Positions 9,481-12,171 of a stretch of DNA of 12,171 nt are shown here, one piece after another (the stretch's first letter is position 1; each line of letters begins with the position of its first letter). The DNA is from a virus (taxonomy: Duplodnaviria; Heunggongvirae; Uroviricota; Caudoviricetes). Made by a program: the position numbers and the translations under genes. The stretch is taken from IMG/VR virus record IMGVR_UViG_3300029219_000167; one strand, given 5' to 3'. The notes beneath the pieces are model-generated. The model did no database searches. It had not been told where the DNA came from and saw only the letters and a list, made by a program, of their open reading frames with translations.

Positions 9481-9665
9481 AGAGAAAGGAAACGACAGAG
9501 GCCCAAAAGCTCGTTTTCAGCACCTGTCGTTTCCTTTCTTTTCAGGGGGTATTTTAAATAAAAACATTAAGTTACAACGAAGAAGAACGGAAACGCCTTA
9601 AACCGGAAAATTTTCATAAATAGCGAAAACCCGCGAGGTCGCCGCCCCGTAACCTGTCGGATCGC
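9481..9665 (-). other. Lambda-type cos site: cosB (R1, R2, R3 terminase-binding repeats with AT-rich IHF-site region), cosN and cosQ
   Basis: Reverse complement of 9636-9647 is GGGCGGCGACCT, the lambda 12-nt cohesive end. R-site-like repeats at 9481-9498 (AGAGAAAGGAAACGACAG), 9524-9538 (CTGTCGTTTCCTTTC, inverted) and 9580-9598 (GAAGAAGAACGGAAACGCC). 9648-9663 reverse-complements to GATCCGACAGGTTACG, the lambda right-end (cosQ-side) sequence. Spacing to the Nu1 start matches lambda. Confidence 0.85.
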
Positions 9666-9846
9666 CGGAAAGGACCCGCAAAATGATAATAATTATCATC
9701 TGCATGTCACAACGTGCATCTACGCCATCAAACCACGTCAAATAATCAATTATGACGCAGATATCGTATTAATTGATCTGCATCAACTTAACGTAAAAAC
9801 AACTTCAGACAATACAAATCAGCGACACTGAATACGGGACAACCTC

Positions 9847-10080
9847 ATGTCAACGAAGAACAGAACCCGCAGAACAACAACCCGCAACATCCGCTTTCCT
9901 AACCAAATGATTGAACAAATTAACATCGCTCTTGAGCAAAAAGGGTCCGGGAATTTCTCAGCCTGGGTCATTGAAGCCTGCCGCCGGAGACTGTGCTCAG
10001 AAAAAAGAGTTTCTTCTGAAGCAAACAAAGAAAAGAGTGACATTACTGAATTGCTCAGAAAACAGGTCAGACCAGATTGA
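9847..10080 (+). CDS. ynfO: YnfO/YlcI-family small prophage protein, 77 aa, possible ribbon-helix-helix DNA-binding fold
   Basis: MSTKNRTRRTTTRNIRFPNQMIEQINIALEQKGSGNFSAWVIEACRRRL...: basic N-terminus, then a strand-helix-helix pattern typical of Arc/CopG-like proteins. Same position relative to cos/Nu1 as K-12 ynfO in Qin. The RHH assignment is inference. Confidence 0.7.
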   Translation: MSTKNRTRRTTTRNIRFPNQMIEQINIALEQKGSGNFSAWVIEACRRRLCSEKRVSSEANKEKSDITELLRKQVRPD

Positions 10081-10137
10081 AGCAATTTAGATAATCGTGC
10101 AGACTACGCCCCCTCATATCACATGGAAGGTTTATCT

Positions 10138-10548
10138 ATGGATCAGGTAGTCATTTTTAAACAAATATTTGATAAAGTTCGAAACGATTTAAACTATCAA
10201 TGGTTTTATTCTGAGCTAAAACGTCACAATGTCTCACATTACATTTACTATTTAGCCACAGAGAATGTTCATATTGTATTAAAAAATGATAATACAGTGT
10301 TATTAAAGGGCCTAAAAAACATTGTGTCTGTCAAATTTTCAAAGGATAGGCATCTTATAGAAACGACCTCTAATAAGCTGAAATCCAGAGAGATCACATT
10401 TCAGGAATACAGAAGAAACCTTGCTAAAGCAGGAGTTTTTCGGTGGGTTACAAATATCCACGAACAAAAAAGATATTACTATACCTTTGATAATTCATTA
10501 CTATTTACTGAAAGCATCCAGAAAACTACACAGATCTTACCACGCTAA
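10138..10548 (+). CDS. ydfO: YdfO-family protein (DUF1398-like), 136 aa from the preferred start
   Basis: ORF-track start at 10123 (MEGLSMDQ...) lacks a Shine-Dalgarno; ATG 10138 is preceded by GGAAGG (10126-10131, 6-nt spacer). Protein [40 protein letters not shown]... recalled as Qin prophage YdfO. Confidence 0.75.
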
Positions 10549-10699
10549 ACCATAACGTCCGGCTTCTCTCACTCCTGAGCCGGACTGCATTGGTTTAATA
10601 AAAACCATCAACAATTGTGATTTAGATATTCGGAACCATTCAAATATAACAAAACCCCGTAAAAACGAGGTTTATGGATAAATTTTATTATTGAATACA

Positions 10700-10873
10700 T
10701 CAGATTAAATTAATCTTGACATCATAGCTTTCAAGACCCGTCATTTTTTCCCGTGCGGTAAACTGAATACTGGTAACTTCTTTCCCGGTCTTTTTCTTAA
10801 GTTCAATAATTTTTTTTGTTATATATTCAGAAATATCTGCTTCTGCTTTTGTTTTTAAGTTTTCAATATTCAT
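10700..10873 (-). CDS. gnsB: GnsB-like small protein, 57 aa (GnsA/GnsB family)
   Basis: Not in the ORF track (under size cutoff). Minus-strand translation MNIENLKTKAEADISEYITKKIIELKKKTGKEVTSIQFTAREKMTGLESYDVKINLI; AAGAGGAA Shine-Dalgarno 5 nt upstream of the second of two tandem ATGs (10873). Resembles K-12 GnsA/GnsB from memory. Confidence 0.7.
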   Translation of the reverse strand: MNIENLKTKAEADISEYITKKIIELKKKTGKEVTSIQFTAREKMTGLESYDVKINLI

Positions 10874-11044
10874 CATTTCCTCTTTTAGTCTGTTATGACT
10901 TTCCAGTTACACAGTAAGTCGATTATATGGTGCAAACGTGTAAAAGATAAGATGAAACATCGCAATAATCAACATACGATAGTCTAAATTTTACACAAAC
11001 AGACAAAGAGAATTTTCCTGAATTATCAATGCAATAGCATCAAA

Positions 11045-11275
11045 TCAACTCAAGAGCCTTATTGCTGCTTCCAGAATTTCTTCTGAAGTAACATGTCGAT
11101 CCGCGGCTACATAAATGACTTTATGATCTCCGGTCAGAGATGGAAACCCTGCGGCCATTACAGTAAGGTGTGTTTTTTCGCCATTTGGATATTCACGCAT
11201 GATGGTGTTAACTCCAGTCATCGCTGGCACTACCACTGCTGGTTCAGAGTTAAAAAAAACTATGATTTTTTTCAT
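11045..11275 (-). CDS. ynfN: YnfN-family prophage protein; 76 aa if started at MKKIIVFF, 51-aa core if started at 11200
   Basis: C-terminal 51 aa (MREYPNGEKTHLTVMAAGFPSLTGDHKVIYVAADRHVTSEEILEAAIRLLS) correspond to K-12 YnfN as I recall it. The frame stays open upstream through MKKIIVFFNSEPAVVVPAMTGVNTI (ATG 11275) and further to 11317. No strong Shine-Dalgarno at any candidate start, so the start is uncertain. Confidence 0.55.
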   Translation of the reverse strand: MKKIIVFFNSEPAVVVPAMTGVNTIMREYPNGEKTHLTVMAAGFPSLTGDHKVIYVAADRHVTSEEILEAAIRLLS

Positions 11276-11320
11276 GATGTTACCGTAGTATGTGAGTATC
11301 CATCGAATAGACACCAAGCC

Positions 11321-11345
11321 AAAAAGCTCCCGAAGGAGCCTTCAT
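11321..11345 (-). terminator. Rho-independent terminator (UUCG-tetraloop hairpin plus U-run) on the minus strand
   Basis: Minus strand reads GGCUCC-UUCG-GGAGCU followed by UUUUU: 6-bp stem (one G-U pair), stable UUCG loop, T-run. Lies about 200 nt downstream of the cspI stop and just upstream of the ynfN ORF. Confidence 0.6.
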
Positions 11346-11546
11346 TTTCACTTTTTTAAATCCAACGACAGACGGCTGGCATTTAAGTATTGTGAAATAT
11401 TATCAAATGTAATCATCATTGATTTACAAAAGATACATTTTGCCCCGAAAGGATTCATGTCAGAAACATCAAAAGATGATGTTCTATACTGGGAACCATG
11501 ACAACACGGGCATCTAAAGTGAATATGGTTTGTAATATTGTCTACC

Positions 11547-11759
11547 TCAAAGCGCCACTACATGAACAGCGGCAGGACCTTTAGGTCCGTTCTCAATACC
11601 AAATTCAACTTCCTGATTCTCAGTTAATGTTTTGAAATCGTTGCTCTGAATTGCTGAGAAATGGACAAACACATCTTTGCTGCCATCTTTCGGCGTGATG
11701 AAACCAAAACCTTTTTCAGGGTTAAACCATTTTACTAAACCAGTCATTTTGTTAGACAT
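11547..11759 (-). CDS. cspI: Cold-shock protein CspI (CspA family, S1-like cold-shock domain), 70 aa
   Basis: [70 protein letters not shown] carries the RNP1 (KGFGFI) and RNP2 (VFVHF) motifs; AAGG Shine-Dalgarno about 7 nt upstream of ATG 11759. Confidence 0.92.
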   Translation of the reverse strand: MSNKMTGLVKWFNPEKGFGFITPKDGSKDVFVHFSAIQSNDFKTLTENQEVEFGIENGPKGPAAVHVVAL

Positions 11760-11930
11760 AATTATTACCTTTTGAAGAAATTAGCCCTTGGGCAGAATGG
11801 TCCGAAAAAAAATATCAGAGAGAAAAACCAACAAGGAAATCTCAAGAGGTACAAATAATAAAATTATAACAATGACTGCTTCAGATAAATTTGTAACAAA
11901 CCAGAACACCATTAACGCATGATTAACCAC
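11760..11930 (-). promoter_or_regulatory. Probable long AT-rich 5' UTR and promoter region of cspI (cold-shock-type leader)
   Basis: CspA-family genes typically have leaders of about 160 nt; about 335 bp of AT-rich non-coding DNA separates the cspI ATG from the IS1 end. Promoter and cold-box positions not determined; boundaries approximate. Confidence 0.35.
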
Positions 11931-12094
11931 CCATAGCAAGGATTACTTTTGTAAAGAAAAACACAGCAATGAAAGAATAGCTTTATTTATTAATAAAACG
12001 TGTCATTCTGATTAAGACCTTTTATCTTACCCTTAAGATTTCAGGAATTTTGGCTCATGGAAGAGTCCTTTTTATTTAAATTTTACATTCCGCG

Positions 12095-12171
12095 GGTAAT
12101 GACTCCAACTTATTGGTAGTGTTTTATGTTCAGATAATGCCCGATGACTTTGTCATGCAGCTCCACCGATT
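12095..12171 (-). mobile_element. insB: IS1 terminus (inverted repeat plus 3' end of insB), element continues beyond the window
   Basis: 12095-12171 matches the IS1 end GGTAATGACTCCAACTTATTG(A/G)TAGTGTTTTATGTTCAGATAATGCCCGATGACTTTGTCATGCAGCTCCACCGATT from memory. Minus-strand translation gives ...SVELHDKVIGHYLNIKHYQ* (InsB C-terminus, stop at 12110-12112). Confidence 0.85.

Noticed and set aside
8004-9557. 517-aa plus-strand ORF, with 141-aa and 147-aa ORFs, antisense to the Nu1'-'J gene
   Set aside because: Antisense shadow ORFs of a GC-rich coding region; Arg/Cys-rich improbable composition; they overlap a minus-strand ORF with clear lambda Nu1/J identity.
9819-10085. 88-aa minus-strand ORF overlapping ynfO
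   Set aside because: Antisense to the better-supported ynfO ORF; no start signals.
11093-11501. Plus-strand ORFs of 88 aa and 69 aa overlapping ynfN and the cspI downstream region
   Set aside because: Antisense or chance ORFs in AT-rich DNA, with no Shine-Dalgarno or recognisable domain.
1-12171. CRISPR arrays, tRNA or rRNA genes
   Set aside because: No regularly spaced direct repeats and no tRNA-like or rRNA-like sequence recognised by eye; attachment-site tRNA genes are not within this window.

Overview
This window reads as the late-region end of a decayed lambdoid (Qin/Rac-like) cryptic prophage from Escherichia/Shigella, ending in an IS1 edge. All family and gene assignments rest on reading the translations and recalled lambda/K-12 sequences; no database search was run. 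Left to right: an N-terminally truncated MFS transporter fragment (ydfJ-like, minus strand, likely the host/prophage junction); a small hydrophobic ORF; ydfK/ynaE-family gene; a PinQ/PinR-type serine recombinase; then on the minus strand tail-fibre assembly tfa, a 1118-aa side tail fibre stf, lom, and an 818-aa chimeric ORF joining the N-terminal ~169 aa of terminase small subunit Nu1 in frame to the C-terminal ~650 aa of tail-tip protein J. Immediately upstream of that ORF is an apparently intact lambda-type cos site (R1-R3, cosN, cosQ), followed by moron-type genes ynfO, ydfO, gnsB, ynfN and cspI, and the inverted-repeat end of IS1. The most notable items are the Nu1'-'J fusion beside an intact cos site, the orphan recombinase with no invertible cassette, and several small-ORF and start-site questions. 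No tRNA, rRNA or CRISPR array was seen.
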